Of a DNA stretch of 64,000 nt, positions 23,711 through 36,700 are shown in pieces. Under the pieces are notes generated by a model. The model searched no databases and had not been told where the DNA came from. It saw only the letters and a program-made list of their open reading frames with translations. Each line of letters opens with the position of its first letter. Within the stretch, counting starts at the first letter, position 1. Source of the stretch: Lama guanicoe (taxonomy: Eukaryota); the NCBI GenBank assembly GCA_013239625.1, contig MU054098.1, positions 837,568 to 901,567 on the forward strand, given 5' to 3'. The position numbers were made by a program, and so were the translations under genes.

Positions 23711-26700
23711 TCCTATCTTTCCTTTTCCTATCAGAATGGTTTTACTTTTAAATATGTTAAACCTTTTTGTTAAACCATTTTTTCACTGTTATCAGTATTA
23801 TCTCTGTCAACCACAAAATGGGCCTTTTCCCCTTTGTCTTCTAGTGTTCCTCTGTACACTTGGTTCTAAAATCTACCTGACATAAATTACTTCTGATAAG
23901 CATCAGTAGTTAACTAAATCCTGTGGTTACTGATAAACATTATTTTTCTTAGCTATAAAAACATTGATCTTTTCATTCCTTTCCTCACTGTGTATCAGGG
24001 CATTAAAGGTTCTACCCAAGGTGCAAGAGGCTTTTTAGGAAAAGCACTCATGCAGAATTAAATGATAATTAAGAAATGAACATTTATTATACAATTTTCT
24101 TTAATGTTGCCAACTTCCTTTTCATATATTGCTTTTTAAACTAAATTGACCATTTTATGTATTTCTCTTCCTAGTTCAGCAAAAAATTTTATATAGTGAT
24201 TTCCAGAGTTCCTGTCTCTACTCTTCTCTTCTAGTTCTTTTTCCTTCTTGAAGCTGTGAAGCATAGTCTTGTTCTCTACCACCCAGTGATCACTTGTTTT
24301 CCAGGACTCATTTCTCTGTGTTGGTCAAGCTACATCCTTCCTCTGTACAACTCTAGAGCCATCTCCTCTGAGCTTCCAATGGCAGAAATCCAACCCACTA
24401 GAATCAACTCACAAATATTTCTATCCATTCTTTGCTGAGGGTAAAGGCTTTGATCTGATACCTCAAGTAGAGTCAACAGGAGGCTAGATATATACACCAC
24501 ACTTGCTATATTTTCCTTTAAGATTTTCTTATGCATTATTTTCATCTTTAAGATGGTTTCTTCAGAAGCCTTTGATTTGCACAATTTTAACTTGGTGGTG
24601 TTTTGTTTTCTTTATATAGTTTTTTCAACTTATAATAAATGAAAGTATGTAGTTTCTTGATGGGGAATAAAAGTGGGGAAAGAGATTGGTATCAGTATAC
24701 ATACAGAAAGAAGGAGATATCCACTGACACTTGTATATTCAGTGTTTAAAAGTGGTAATGACAGGAACAGTACCCATCGTAATTCCAAAGTAATAGAATT
24801 GGATTGTCAGAGAAAGGAATTTTTATAAGTCCCCTTTTTGTGCTGTGCTTCTGGAAACTTTCCCTTCAATAAGACTCACTCTCTTTGCCTTTACCTTATT
24901 CCCTTGAACCTCTACTGGGTTACTGAAATAGGATACTCTTGGAACTGAGGTAGTTAATATCTGATAATGTTGTAATTAATTGAACAAGTCCCTGATAATG
25001 TGTCAATATCGAGCAATTAGTTCAATGTGTTAGCTTATAAGAGATGAATAAAAGGAAAAAGTTAGGTTTACTGACAAAATAGGTAAAGTGACATTTATGG
25101 TCAAAACAGCCTTTCAGGTGCCTTATAATTTCTAGCATGTGTCATGGCATGCACAAATAGAAGGCTGGATTTTATGTACTCTTTGTCCATAGGAAAAAGG
25201 AAAGGAAAAAGTTGGACTTATTTTCATAAATTAGATAAGATGGTAAAGATGAAAATTATCTCAAAGGAAGTAAGAACATAAGCTTTTAAAATAAGAAGTA
25301 GAAAAGAATAGCTAGTAACCAGAGAAATAGGTACATCTTCAGCTAGCCATAGTTATCTTCTAGTGTTTAGCCAAGAGTCAGAACATTAAAGTTTACAGTG
25401 GAAAACCATTGATTCTTTTCAGTGAAAAACTAATCTCTACTTTTTCGGTCCACACAATAATAATTTTCCTGTGTATGTTTAAATTTTAATCAACTTTCCC
25501 AATATTTACATTAAAGGCATATTTAAAAGGTACATATTTAATGCATATTTCAATTTCATTCTATCTGGCAAATATACTAAAGCTCCTGAAAATGAAAAGT
25601 AGATCAACATCATAAAAGAGCTAGTTCTCAAAGTATGGTCTGGAAGTCTGACTTTGTAGATAGAGGAACATAGTATTTTGTACTCAAAAGTTATATTAGG
25701 CAAAATATATGAAAATGCAGAAAAGGAATTAATTAAAGGAATTCCCATTTGTCGCTCTCACTTTCCTCCAATTAATTCCCAAATTAATAGTGCAAAATTA
25801 AGGTTTTTATTACTTCTTAATAATCTGGTAAGTGAACCTCAGGATAACTTGGCAAACTTGCATTGTAGATACACTGAGACTGAAACACAAAAGTGCATTT
25901 TACAACGTTCTGTTCTGTAATGAGGCACTGTTGCGTCAAATGTGATCTAGTTCTGTCTCTTCTGCTGGTCCCTGAGGGAGTGAAGCAGAACTGCTGCAGA
26001 GGAGCTAGTGTTATTGTAACTTAAAATGATGGCCAAACTTTAGGAAAGGTAAGTGAAGGTATCAAATAGAAAGCAAGATGAGGGTAGCAAGAGAAATAGA
26101 GAAGAGGAATGAGAGAATGGGAGGGAGATTATATATTTTATATATGTGTGTATATATATATTTTTTATGTATATATATTCTGTCATTATCAAGCAGATCT
26201 CCCAGAACTTCAGCTCCTACATATGCTGGGATTCTGCCCTTTCTCCTACTGAACCAGACAGCTTCTTTACTCCTAAGTTTTTTCTGTAGCTTACCTGCGT
26301 AGACATCTGGTAGCCCCAGTTCCCACATTCACTTTATGGTAACCTGACTGTGCAGCCTTGTACCTACCCTTCTGGACCCATAATGTCCTCTATTCCTGCT
26401 ACTTTAAAAGGTCTGGTATTTTATTTGACAAAGGGACTCCTTCTGAGCATTTTAGTCTTTCAAAGACAAAAAGTTTAAAAAAATTGACAAGGCCCAGCAC
26501 CTTTTAGGGTGATCAGCATATAAACTAAAATCTGTGTTCTCATTTCTTTACACATTTGCCAAGCTTTCAACATTTTAAGATAAAAAAGTTAAAATTAACT
26601 TCGAAGTTGTTTGGGAATAAAAGATCTGCCCCTGAGCTAATGCTGAAAGAGAATGAAATAACTACAAGTATCTTAAAATTAATAATGAGAAAGTTTGGCA

Positions 26701-27244
26701 ATATTTTAAAGAACTATTAAAACAAGACTCCTACAGCGTACATCTATAGAAATATGTGACAGGATTTGAAGCAGCTTAGCAGAGACTAATATACTCATAT
26801 TAAACTCTTTAAGTAGGATTTTTTGTTTTGCAAATCAGCTTAATTGCCATAGGAAAGAAGCAAAAAAAAATCACAACTTGTATATCAAAGTATTTAATTC
26901 ACATGGTCACACAAGGACACCATTTATGATTGCTCTGCTCTCTAAGAAACTAGAATATTTTCTCTAATTTTAACATGGATTCAACAAGGCAATGTGGCCT
27001 GTTTTTCCTGCATAGATGATCCATTTTTTGAAAAGAAGGGTAATAAAAAGGAAACTACAGTCTTTGGAAAGATTTTGTGCTGAGTAAATATCTCTCCCAT
27101 TCTTATAATAAGTTCTCATTGATAGATGATAAAATTTGTTGTGTTTGGGAAGGAGATAAGCACTACTTTTTATTACATGTAAATATTTCAGCAAGTACAA
27201 ATGAGAGTATAGTGCTTCAACTATTTATATACTTGGGGTAGGTT

Positions 27245-27434
27245 TAGGGTTGTTGGCTTTGTCAAATAGAAATATGAAGTACCAGTTACATTTCGATTTC
27301 AGAAGAACAACAAACAATTTTTAGTATGTATCCCAAACACTGCAGGGGATATAATTATATTAATTTTTTTTTCATTTTTTAATCTGAAAAATCCAAATCT
27401 GATTGGGCTTCCTGTATTTTATCTTGCAACCCTA
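27245..27434. mobile_element. MER53-like palindromic hAT MITE
   Basis: Terminal inverted repeats tagggttg / caacccta, ~190 bp long, partial TSD ..aggtt on both sides. Confidence 0.8.
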
Positions 27435-27658
27435 CACAGGTTTCCCTAAAGCCTAAAATTTTGTTTCTTACCTACGTGTTTATTTCTTCAAATAAATCTA
27501 GCTGTTTTATTCATGAGTTCCTTTGCTTTTTATTTCTCTGCATGTGACTTTCTTCCTTCTGGATGGGGCTGAGTTTTCTTTACCTGAAATAAGAATCTTC
27601 TGGGCTCAATGGTAGAAATTGAGTCTGTGCTAGAATATGCATGGTTCGGTTTTATGTT

Positions 27659-28140
27659 TGTCAACTGAAAAAACGCACAATGTGAGAGCTATGAGTTAAA
27701 GTTTATTTGGGGCAAAATAAGGACTATTGCCTGGGAGACAGCCTCCCAGATAGCTCTGAGGAACTGCTCCGAAGAGGTGGGGAGGAAGGTCAATTTATAT
27801 GTGATCTTAGTGAAGAAGGTTAATCCTTCACAAAAATCGTATGTGTGCAGTTAAGCACACATTTTGGGAGAGGCTCGCTGCTGGTCAGGAGGAACAGGTG
27901 TCTCCATTAATGATTTTAGTGCTTTTCTAGATAAAACAGGATACAAGAAATTGGATTCATAAAATCTTTTCCTGAAAACGTGTGAAGGCCTGTTCTGCCA
28001 GTCATTCCCAGAGCACAGAGTGCCTTAATCCTGATCTCCACCCTCAACTCCTTTCAGGGTGTGTTGAAAGTCAGTGACTGCAGTAGCGTGTGACCTAATC
28101 CTTAAAGAGGCAGATGGCAGATGACAGTTTTTATTTGGCA
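27659..28140 (-). repeat. 3' LTR of the ERV1 provirus
   Basis: Aligns end to end with 33404-33867. A segment counted by eye showed roughly 15-20% mismatch. Confidence 0.9.
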
Positions 28141-28447
28141 GTGTCCCTTCATGGTCATAAATTCGACCTTGTTTCGAGAGACGTTTCATAATCATTTTGT
28201 CCCATGGTGCTATGAATGCTCATTCCTAGGTCAAGCGAGGATTTTGTTGATAAGCCACTCTATGTATTATTACTGGATTAGGCCTTATTAACAGTAGCTA
28301 AAAGTGTCTGCATCACCTATCTTTTCTAGTCTGTTATGGTCCAGGAAAATACTCCTTGTTTCTTCCCATATCCAGAGTTACACTATTACAATCATTGATC
28401 TCATATAGAACTATACATCTGGTTAACGACTTCAAATCACCTAGTCA

Positions 28448-29224
28448 TCATTTTATTAAAGGCTCAGTCACCCATTTGGTAATGCAAGAAGCAATCTTGT
28501 GAAGTGGGCAGAATATAAGTAATATAGCTAATAGTATTAGTAAGGTCATAAGTAAGAATTTAAGGCAAGAACTTTCATTAGGTGCAGCCCAGTATATCCC
28601 CAGGTTCTCTGACTTAGTCTGTTCTTTACCAATTATTATCTTTAAGGGAGATAGTATATTGGCACTCATACACTATTCACAAGGCACCCAGCCCGATTTC
28701 CTAGTGTTATTAAGGCTGATTATCCTTAGTATGGTTTGATTGTTCCCAACATAAGGTGGGAGAACTTTAAATTTAAGTAATTGTAGCCTGGTGTTAGCCA
28801 TATAAATCCATCCCACAACCAAGGGAGGTTATATTCTTTGGCTAAAATTTTCCTTGTTGCTCTGATTGAGCTTGAGTAACTTCAAAAGAAAATTCATATT
28901 TATTGCCAGGGTCAGAGCAGGTATTATTAAGTGGCCAGGTGAGAGGATTCCCACCTAGTGATATCCCACCTTGTGGCCTGAGCAAAACTATAGTGTCTTT
29001 TTTCTAAAATAATTTCTTAAGGGCCTTCCAATTAGAGCCTTGTAGTGGAGAACTCCACCAAGGTAACCCAGAGGTACTGGATATAGGTAGTTGACCTCAT
29101 ATCTAACAGTTGGATTAACTTTAACTCTGCATAAGATTGTGAAATAATTTGGTTCATAAGCAAAGGTATGAGCAATTATCAAAGTAACTGGCATCTTGGG
29201 CCAGCAGTCTATTTCAGATGTCAT
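28448..29224 (-). pseudogene. env-like remnant
   Basis: Lies between integrase and the 3' LTR. ORF 28448-28669 has a transmembrane-like stretch LLMTLLILLAILLIFCPLHKIASC. Confidence 0.5.
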
Positions 29225-29268
29225 CTTCTCATCCTGGTCTGCTGGTTTCTTCTTTGCTTGAGCATTGT

Positions 29269-29499
29269 TTAAAGGTGATTCTGAGGTAAGAAATCCTCTC
29301 TATAGACCATTCCAGTGCAGGGGCCCTTTCTAATATTGGTCCAAGAGTCAACCCCCTTCAGTTTCACTGTACATGAACTAGCTAACAGTACCTGATAAGG
29401 GTCCTTCCATCTAGGTTGGAGATCGTTCTTTGAATTATCTCTTTTACAGAATGCATAATCTCCTGGTTGCAGGTCATGGGGCATCTGATCTTTATCCAA
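29269..29499 (-). pseudogene. Retroviral integrase C-terminal remnant
   Basis: HDLQPGD...LQPRWKDPYQVLL....VKLKGVDSW matches the gammaretroviral integrase 'LQPRWKGPYQVLL' motif. Confidence 0.85.
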
Positions 29500-32400
29500 A
29501 GATAGATTACTGAGATAAGTTTCAGAAACAAACTCAGAGTGTCCTTTTAATAATTCAGTTAAACTTTACAATAATATAACAACAAGGATTTGTCTAGGAA
29601 GTGAGTCTTGGGCACTAAATATAGATAGCGATTAACAAAACTAGAATTTAATATTCACTGAAACATAATCTCTCATTTCTACTAAATATAGCCAATTTAA
29701 AGACTGATTTGTTTGCAAAGAAGTCTGGTTTCAATAAACTTGGCCTGATGATTTATGTAAGTGTAATTGATCATACAGGCTCTTTTAAATTTGCTTTACT
29801 GGAACTTTTTAAAAGAAATCTTAGACTGAATTTTTAAAAGGCCTTTCAAAGCCTCTGAAGCCATGCCAAAGGCTTTTCACACATTTTGCCTGTGGTATCT
29901 ATAGATTTGGGTGAATTCCTCCCTTTTTGAGGTCTCCAAAATACCTTGAGATTCATGCATCTGTTAGGAGATGGTCTTTCTACTTTACCTGATAAAGCTG
30001 TTGAGAACCTTAGAGTTTCCAATCTCTGGAGTGAATACGTAGAGAGAAAAGACAAATGGTTTAATTCTGATTACAAAGGTATCATTTACCAGATTGTTGT
30101 AAGTAATAATTAGCTTGAGGGGAAATATTTCCTCATATCTGGAAAACACAGATTACAAGTCAGTAATGTTTCAGGCAGAGCCTATAAAAATTATAACCAT
30201 ATTCACCAGTTCAGTTAGTCCTATGTAATCCTTTTTGTTAAGTTTTATGAAGCCATCAGGCTTTCCATTAGAATTTTTAAAATTCTTGCATACTTCAGCA
30301 GTATAATCTGAAATTTATCAGAAACCTGTACTTGTCAAAAAGTCTTTTCTAGGACTCTTCTTGAAGAGCAACTATTTTTCCAAAAGCATCAGGAGTAAAA
30401 CAATAACTCTATGAATGATGAAAGACCGAAGCAGACATGATTAAAGAACTGGCTACAATGCAATTGACAAAGAAACTTGATTACTGCTGTAACATACAAG
30501 ATTTTAAGATAATAACTAGAATTATGACTGATAACATCTTACCAGATTTTTAGGAATTTCAATATAATTTCTAGAATATCTATATTAATAACATTTACTC
30601 ATACAATATAACCTAGGAAGACTTATTACTCATTTAACAATGCTGTCCATGTAATTTAACTTACCAAGTGAACCTATTTAGTTTAATATCTCTCTTTGGG
30701 ATGTTTAAGGGGCTCTTTGAAGCATACCAAAGTTAGCTAGAGGTCAAAGGAACTTCATTAGAATTTGATTTGGGAAGTTGGGCAAAAATATCAAAAAGGT
30801 TTTAAAACACTTGGTCAGATAGGAACATAGGTCACTGTGAAACAATACTCACCTAACCAAAGTGACAAAAAATTTCAAAGGTAAATACAGAACAGATAAC
30901 AGATTTTGTTTCTTTACCTTTTAAGTTATTGAAAGCAGATCAACATTTTAAGAAAACTTTGCCCTCTTCACAGAGAGAAGAACCAAATTCAAGTTTTATA
31001 CCAGCTTACTTTTAAAATTCACTTACCCAAGTTTATTCTAAACTTAATCAATCCTGACCATTCACAAAACTCTTCTCAGGGTTCCTTTTCCAGAAACCCT
31101 CCATTACTTTGTGTATATATAATAGTTGGTCCCTTATTTTTTTCCCATCTAGAAACAACCAGGTCTAGGACGAAATTTCTTTTCCCTTAATAAATGCAAT
31201 TCCACTTCGCATACCTGCTTTTACTCAAAACACACATCCTAATTTGCCACTGTACACTAAAGTGTTTCCCTCATTATTTCTAGGAGCTTTAATTACATAT
31301 TTAAATTAGAATCTTCAACTTGTAAAATCCTTAATTTCTAGTGAAAACTAGGAAGTAAGCAATTATGACTTGTATTTTGCATTAGCATTCTTTAGATTGA
31401 AAACATAAATACCAATAATTTCTAAAAACATGTGCTTTCATACAGAAAATATCCCAGTGTGGCATCAAACATATTTATTAATAGTCCTAAATATCTTTAG
31501 TTTTTCTGTAAAAGGAAGCAAATGTTCAGTAATTAAGATTTCAGCATCTTATTTTATTTGGGAATGTCTTAGCTATTCAATAAGCTTCCATTGTTTAACT
31601 TAATTTAGTACAGATCTAAAATTTTAAGTTACCAAATATCTGGAGAAATTATTTTAAAGTAGACATTCCTAAAACATAATATTCCTAAAGAGTTCACCCA
31701 AAAACTCTTACCTCATTTACATTTAATTTATTTATAAAAATTTTATCATATCAAGTTATTTTTCTTGCTGACAAATTTGCAACAGATATAATAAGATCTT
31801 ATTTGACTTCTAGTAAACCTAGGTACAATAAAAATATTATGCTTAATATTGATGACTCTAAAGACATGTCTATATTAATTAAATCAACAAACTTTAACTA
31901 ACTTTAATACCAGGTATTAATTTAATATTGAATATTTCCCAGTTCTTGCAAACCTGAAATTCATTCTGGCCAGTTTCCTTTTATATTTCTGAGAATTTAT
32001 ATAAGTGCTTACTTTCCTTTAAGCCAATTAAATAGAGCTCATTTACAAGTTAATTTTGATAATACCATCCAACGGTAAAGACACATGGACATATAGACAG
32101 ACACAGATCTTATAGCTTCCTTTTAAAACTTAGTCATGAATCAGGTATTACAACATAAAACTTACTAGTTTATAAATAACACTTGGAATATATTAAATTT
32201 TACAAGGTCTCCCCCCTTTTTTTAGTCTCAGGAATTAGAAACGGTATAGATAGATGTTCCTGAGAATCCTGGTCTCAAGGCACATGGAGAGAAAAGCAAG
32301 TTCTCGTAGGACTTGTTCCCTTAGGGTTAGAATTCTGAAAAGATGTTTTATCAAACCAGCTTTCTCTAACAGCTGCATACACAATGAAAGAGCCCATATT

Positions 32401-33029
32401 GGCCATTTTCAGGGCAAAATTTTTCTTTAATTCCCAATTAGGTAAGTACTTGTACGTATAAGTTTTATATGTACATAAACCTGGCTGGGGTATTAGAAGG
32501 AAGCTGGCTTTCTGACACCCTTTGTTTCTTTGAGAGATTCTATTTACCATTTTAAAGTTGAATTTGTTGCGGATAAATTTACTAATGAAATTGTGTGGTG
32601 GGCCCATGTGCTGCTTGTGAGTTTAACTCCTCTAGGCATCACCCTAGAGTTATTTTAGTCCTCTTATGTGGCTTGGTTTCTCCCTTTGGTGGTCTAAGAC
32701 CACCATGGGTGGTTGGATCAGTGAATGGCCAATTCTTATACTTGACCCCTGGATGAGCAAGTCTTTTAATTAATGAGTGGGTTTCCCTAGAGGAAAACTG
32801 AATGGTATGAGGAATCTGCCTCCACCACTCCCATAAATTTCTCAGTTACCTGAGAAAGCTGTAACCAACTGGGAGGAGTCTTGTCCCTCTCTTGAAAGCA
32901 GAACTCTCATGTAATATCCTCACTTTTACCCCAACAAATTCTATTAAGGCAGCTGAATTGAGGAAAGGCATTGATCACCCTCTTACCTAACCACTAAGCT
33001 CAGACCACTCAATAACTTTCAACTGAGCG

Positions 33030-33195
33030 AACCCCAGTGTCTTTCAACCAGCCTTCTTCCCCCATTATCTTTCATCTGGATAGGTACTTTCCCAGTATCT
33101 TTCAACTGGGTAGGAATTCCCTCAGTTTTTTTCAGCTAGCCCCTCCCCAGTATCTTTCAATTGGGTGGGCACCCCCCAGTATCTTTCAACTCTGG
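33030..33195. repeat. Degenerate ~30-bp tandem repeat (core cccagtatctttcaact) in the ERV 5' leader
   Basis: Six imperfect copies are visible. Confidence 0.8.
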
Positions 33196-33403
33196 AGCCA
33201 GGTACATGTTACACACCACCAAATAAAACTCAGGATCATCAACCAATGTGGGAGATCTGAGAACTAGGAGAGACTCACCCAAATTCATCTGGACCCTCTG
33301 AGGAGGCAAATGGGCACAGAGGCCTCTGCTGGTTCTAAGTTCCTCATAGAGTTCAGGCAAAGGAGAGAAAGTCTCCTCTTACTCCCTTTGTTGGTTGCCA
33401 AAA

Positions 33404-33867
33404 CTGTCCACTGGAAAAGAAATGCACAATGTGAGAGTTGTGAGTTAAGTTTTATTGGGGGGAAAATGAAGACTATAGCCCAGGAGACAGCCTCTTAGAT
33501 AATTCTGAGGAACTGCTCCAAAGAGGCAAGGGAGGAGGTCAGTGTATATGTAATGTTAGTGAAGGGGGAATATGTGCAATCAAGTATACATTTTGGCAGA
33601 AGGTTGCTGCTAGTCAGGAGGAGCAAATGTCTCTGTTAATGATTTTAATGCTTTTCTAGATATAAGAATATGTAAGAAATTTGGCTCATAAAATCTGAAA
33701 ATAACTATGTGAAGGTCTGTTCTGCCAGTTTTTCCCAGAGCACAGAGTGCCTCATTCCTGATCTCTGCCCTGAACTCTTTCCAGGGTGTGTGGAAGGTCA
33801 GCAAGTACAGTGGCTGGTGACTTAATCCTTGTAGCAGTGGATGGCAAGTTACAATTTTTAGTTGGCA
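33404..33867 (-). repeat. 5' LTR of the ERV1 provirus
   Basis: Direct repeat of 27659-28140, with the PBS immediately internal. Confidence 0.9.
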
Positions 33868-34597
33868 CCTTCTCTACATATAGATTAAAGCATCCATTAA
33901 GTTGGAAATTAATCAAAATATTTCTGACTTCTAGCTGGATCCAAATTATATTCAATTTTCTATATATGTGTGTGCATGTGTGTGCATATCATTTACTGTA
34001 TAGTTCATATACATATCAGGTGGTGGTTTCTACTACAGTGTTTGCTTAAGAACTAAGGTGATCCAAAGTGATTCATTTGTTTTTATTACATTAGATGCTT
34101 ACCTTGGCTTCTTGGACAATGGAGATTAGAGCCAGGAATACTGAAAAAAAACCCACCTTTGAGGCTTAGGCACACAATACCTTCTTAAGCATGAAGCTAG
34201 ACAGGGACAACAGACATCCTCCCCTGTGGATTCTACCATGAATCTAGCACCTACAGCAAGCTGCAGAGGTTTGCTCATAGGGAGGGGAAAGAGTATGAAG
34301 AGTGAGCCACTCTGCACCAGGTGTGCAGACATGGTTGGACTCTTAGGATTGAGAACTAAGAGAAAAATACCAATTTGCCAAACATGCCTCCAATTCAGGC
34401 AGAGTCAGTGATACATCTGCCTATAAAAAGTTATTATCTTTGTCAAGCAAAACTTAACTTACAATCAAAAGAAATTATTGGGCACTCTTAGCTTTTAAAA
34501 ATCAGTTAGTAAATGAAAGCAGCAAGAAGATGATAATATAACCCCAGTTGTTTTAAGACCATGGTTACTTTGAACTCCTGTTTGATAAAGTTAATTT

Positions 34598-34990
34598 GTA
34601 CATTAGAACCTACAAAATGGAGGCTGCCCAGTGTCCTGGCCCACATCACAAATGTAAACTAAGTCAGCCTACACATATGGGAAGCCCCTGTCAAGAAAGC
34701 TTAACATACTCCAATCACAATCCTCCAACTCAGCTTAAGCTGGCTCACATTATCCAAGAAAACAGGACTCACTAGCCTTACCAGGAAATCCCTGACCACC
34801 TAGCCAATCATGCCCTGTTTCCATGTTGCTGCTTCTAATGCTCTATAAAACTCGCTCTTGCCCAAAATCCCTCAGCAGGAGTGCTCCAGTACGTGTGAGG
34901 CACTGTCATCTCCCAATCCGTGGATTTTTCCCCCCTGAAGTAAAGGGTATCCAGCTCATTACTAAACTGTATTATATTTGTCCCTTTCCA
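34598..34990 (+). mobile_element. ERV solo LTR inside the left arm
   Basis: CCAAT at 34711 and 34804, TATAAAA at 34844-34850, AGTAAA at 34939, in U3-R-U5 order. Termini are approximate. Confidence 0.7.
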
Positions 34991-35289
34991 GATTGGAATG
35001 GCTCCAGATAATTTGAGGATCCAATTAAGAAGTAATACAAAAAATGACATACTTAGTTTGGTTTTAGTGGGATATGTTTGTGTTTGCCCATCCTTCTGGT
35101 GACAAGTTATTGCTAGTTGTCCCAGTGTAGGAAGGCTCTGATGAATTCTCCTGCTCATCCTGCCACCCAACCATCATGACAGGAAAGTACGGGGACAGAG
35201 ATTATTTCACCCAGCACCAGAAGGACATAGATAATGGAGTCCCAACAAAAGCTAGTGTGCAGAAAAGTCTCTTTCCTCTTACAACTCAT

Positions 35290-35430
35290 ATAGAAGAGAA
35301 ACGATACAGCTTTTCCAAATTTGACAGGAATTTACAGTGTAATATGGAATATTAAATAACAACTTTTGACGTTTAAGGAAGATTTTCTAATTATCAATAA
35401 CAAAAATTAAATTTGAACAACTATCCTAAA
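35290..35430 (+). mobile_element. Possible hAT (Tip100/Zaphod-like) transposase dimerisation-domain relic within the arm
   Basis: 'ttttccaaatttgaca...ttttctaattatcaataacaaaaattaaatttgaacaactat' resembles FPNL...FSKLSIIKNK-encoding relics (from recall only). Confidence 0.35.
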
Positions 35431-35520
35431 GGAGACAAAAGCCAAAAAGATGGAACAGAAATCATAGATAGATATATTTGACAACACTAAAGGAAATTTT
35501 CTTCTTTGTTTTATTTATAT

Positions 35521-35720
35521 TCAAGATTGAAAAGGAAATAAAGGCATTCTCAGATAAAGAAAAACAAAAAATTCATTGCTAGCTAACCTGCCTTAGAAGA
35601 AATACTGAAGGAAGTTCTTCAGGCTGAGAGCTCATGTTCCCAGACACTCATTCAAATCCACATGAAAAAACCAAAAGTGTTAAGGGAAATTATGCAATTA
35701 CAAAAGACGGTATACATGGA
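35521..35720 (+). mobile_element. Old L1 ORF1 C-terminal fragment
   Basis: 'gaaataaaggcattctcagataaag...attcattgctagctaacctgccttagaagaaatactgaaggaagttcttcaggctga'. Confidence 0.7.
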
Positions 35721-36569
35721 TTGGTACAATAGCAGGATGGGAAGACAAGGAGACTCTAGGCCCTTGCTTCAGCATAGAAACACTACATAAGCAAATAAAA
35801 ATGGAAAAATAACTTTATGGTAGGTCTGGAAATCAGAGCTATAGCAAACAAGTGAAAGTCTAGTCAAGGGAAAAACTTAAACCTGGTAAGAATCTTTTTC
35901 TTTTTGGTTCTTTTATTTTCTATATATGAAGTCCCAACCAGTAGGGTTCTTAAGAAGGGATTACAAATTCAGAAAGTTTGAAATTTCTCGAGTTACTTAG
36001 CTACATAGGTTGAATACCATACACCACCAATAACAACTTGTAATGCATTTTCTTGAAAAATTACCTTGATGTAGACAAAGTCAATCTTTGGTAAATTATG
36101 TATAGGTGGTTTATCATCAGTTCTCCCCACTTACATTTCCTGTACAGTCCTCAGCAAAACTGGATGAATGATTTTTCTCCCTGCATTTTAGACTTGATAT
36201 CCTCATTCTTTGTTTCATCCTCTTCTTGCTTCCCCATTAAATCCCACAGAACTATTAAACTAAAACTTGTAGGCATCCTGGTATTATGAGAGAAATTATT
36301 TGGGGTCAAATTGATTATTTCTTAGAAATGAAGGTGTAGCATTGCAAATGAATAAGTAATGATAGAAATGAAGGGAAGGATAGAGGAAGGAAGAAAGGCA
36401 AAAGGAAAGGTAAGGAGAATGATCATGAATGTGTAGCGATTAGCCAACATGTTCTTTATATTCAATACAGTTATATATGGTAAGAAAGGGGACAGGGCTC
36501 TCACTGCTATAAACTCAGAAGAGAGGGCTGCCTTCAGCATGGGACAGAGCCATCAATGACTGTGACTCA

Positions 36570-36700
36570 TATTTATTCATCCATCCATCCAACCATCAAT
36601 TCATATAAATTTTCTCAGTATCTATTATGGATCAAACATTGCAGTAGATCCTGGGAACACATAAATGAAGATAAAATTCTTGCCTACATAAATTTCTATG
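36570..36700 (-). mobile_element. L2 3' end
   Basis: 'attcatccatccatcc...cagtatctattatg...ctgggaacacataaatgaagataaaattcttgcc'. Confidence 0.6.

Larger units (their letters stand above)
27659..33867 (-). mobile_element. Decayed non-autonomous ERV1 provirus with both LTRs
   Basis: Direct repeats 27659-28140 and 33404-33867 with TG...CA ends. PBS tggcaaccaacaaaggga (tRNA-Arg-like) on the minus strand at ~33383-33400. Purine tract next to 28141. Integrase C-terminal remnant and env-like hydrophobic remnant. Confidence 0.9.
34419..35520 (+). repeat. Inverted duplication, left arm
   Basis: Reverse complement of ~47480-48595. Mirrored near-identical ORFs 34835-35170(-) and 47827-48180(+) appear in the ORF track. 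Confidence 0.97.

Noticed and set aside
33030..33195. CRISPR-like repeat-spacer array
   Set aside because: Degenerate tandem repeat inside an ERV leader in mammalian DNA, with no unique spacers or cas genes.
34835..35170. 111/117-aa ORF present in both inverted arms as a duplicated gene
   Set aside because: It has a non-ATG (TTG) start, runs antisense through an LTR, and resembles no known protein. It is shared only because the arms are near-identical. Both internal indels (3 and 15 bp) do preserve frame, but that alone is too little evidence.
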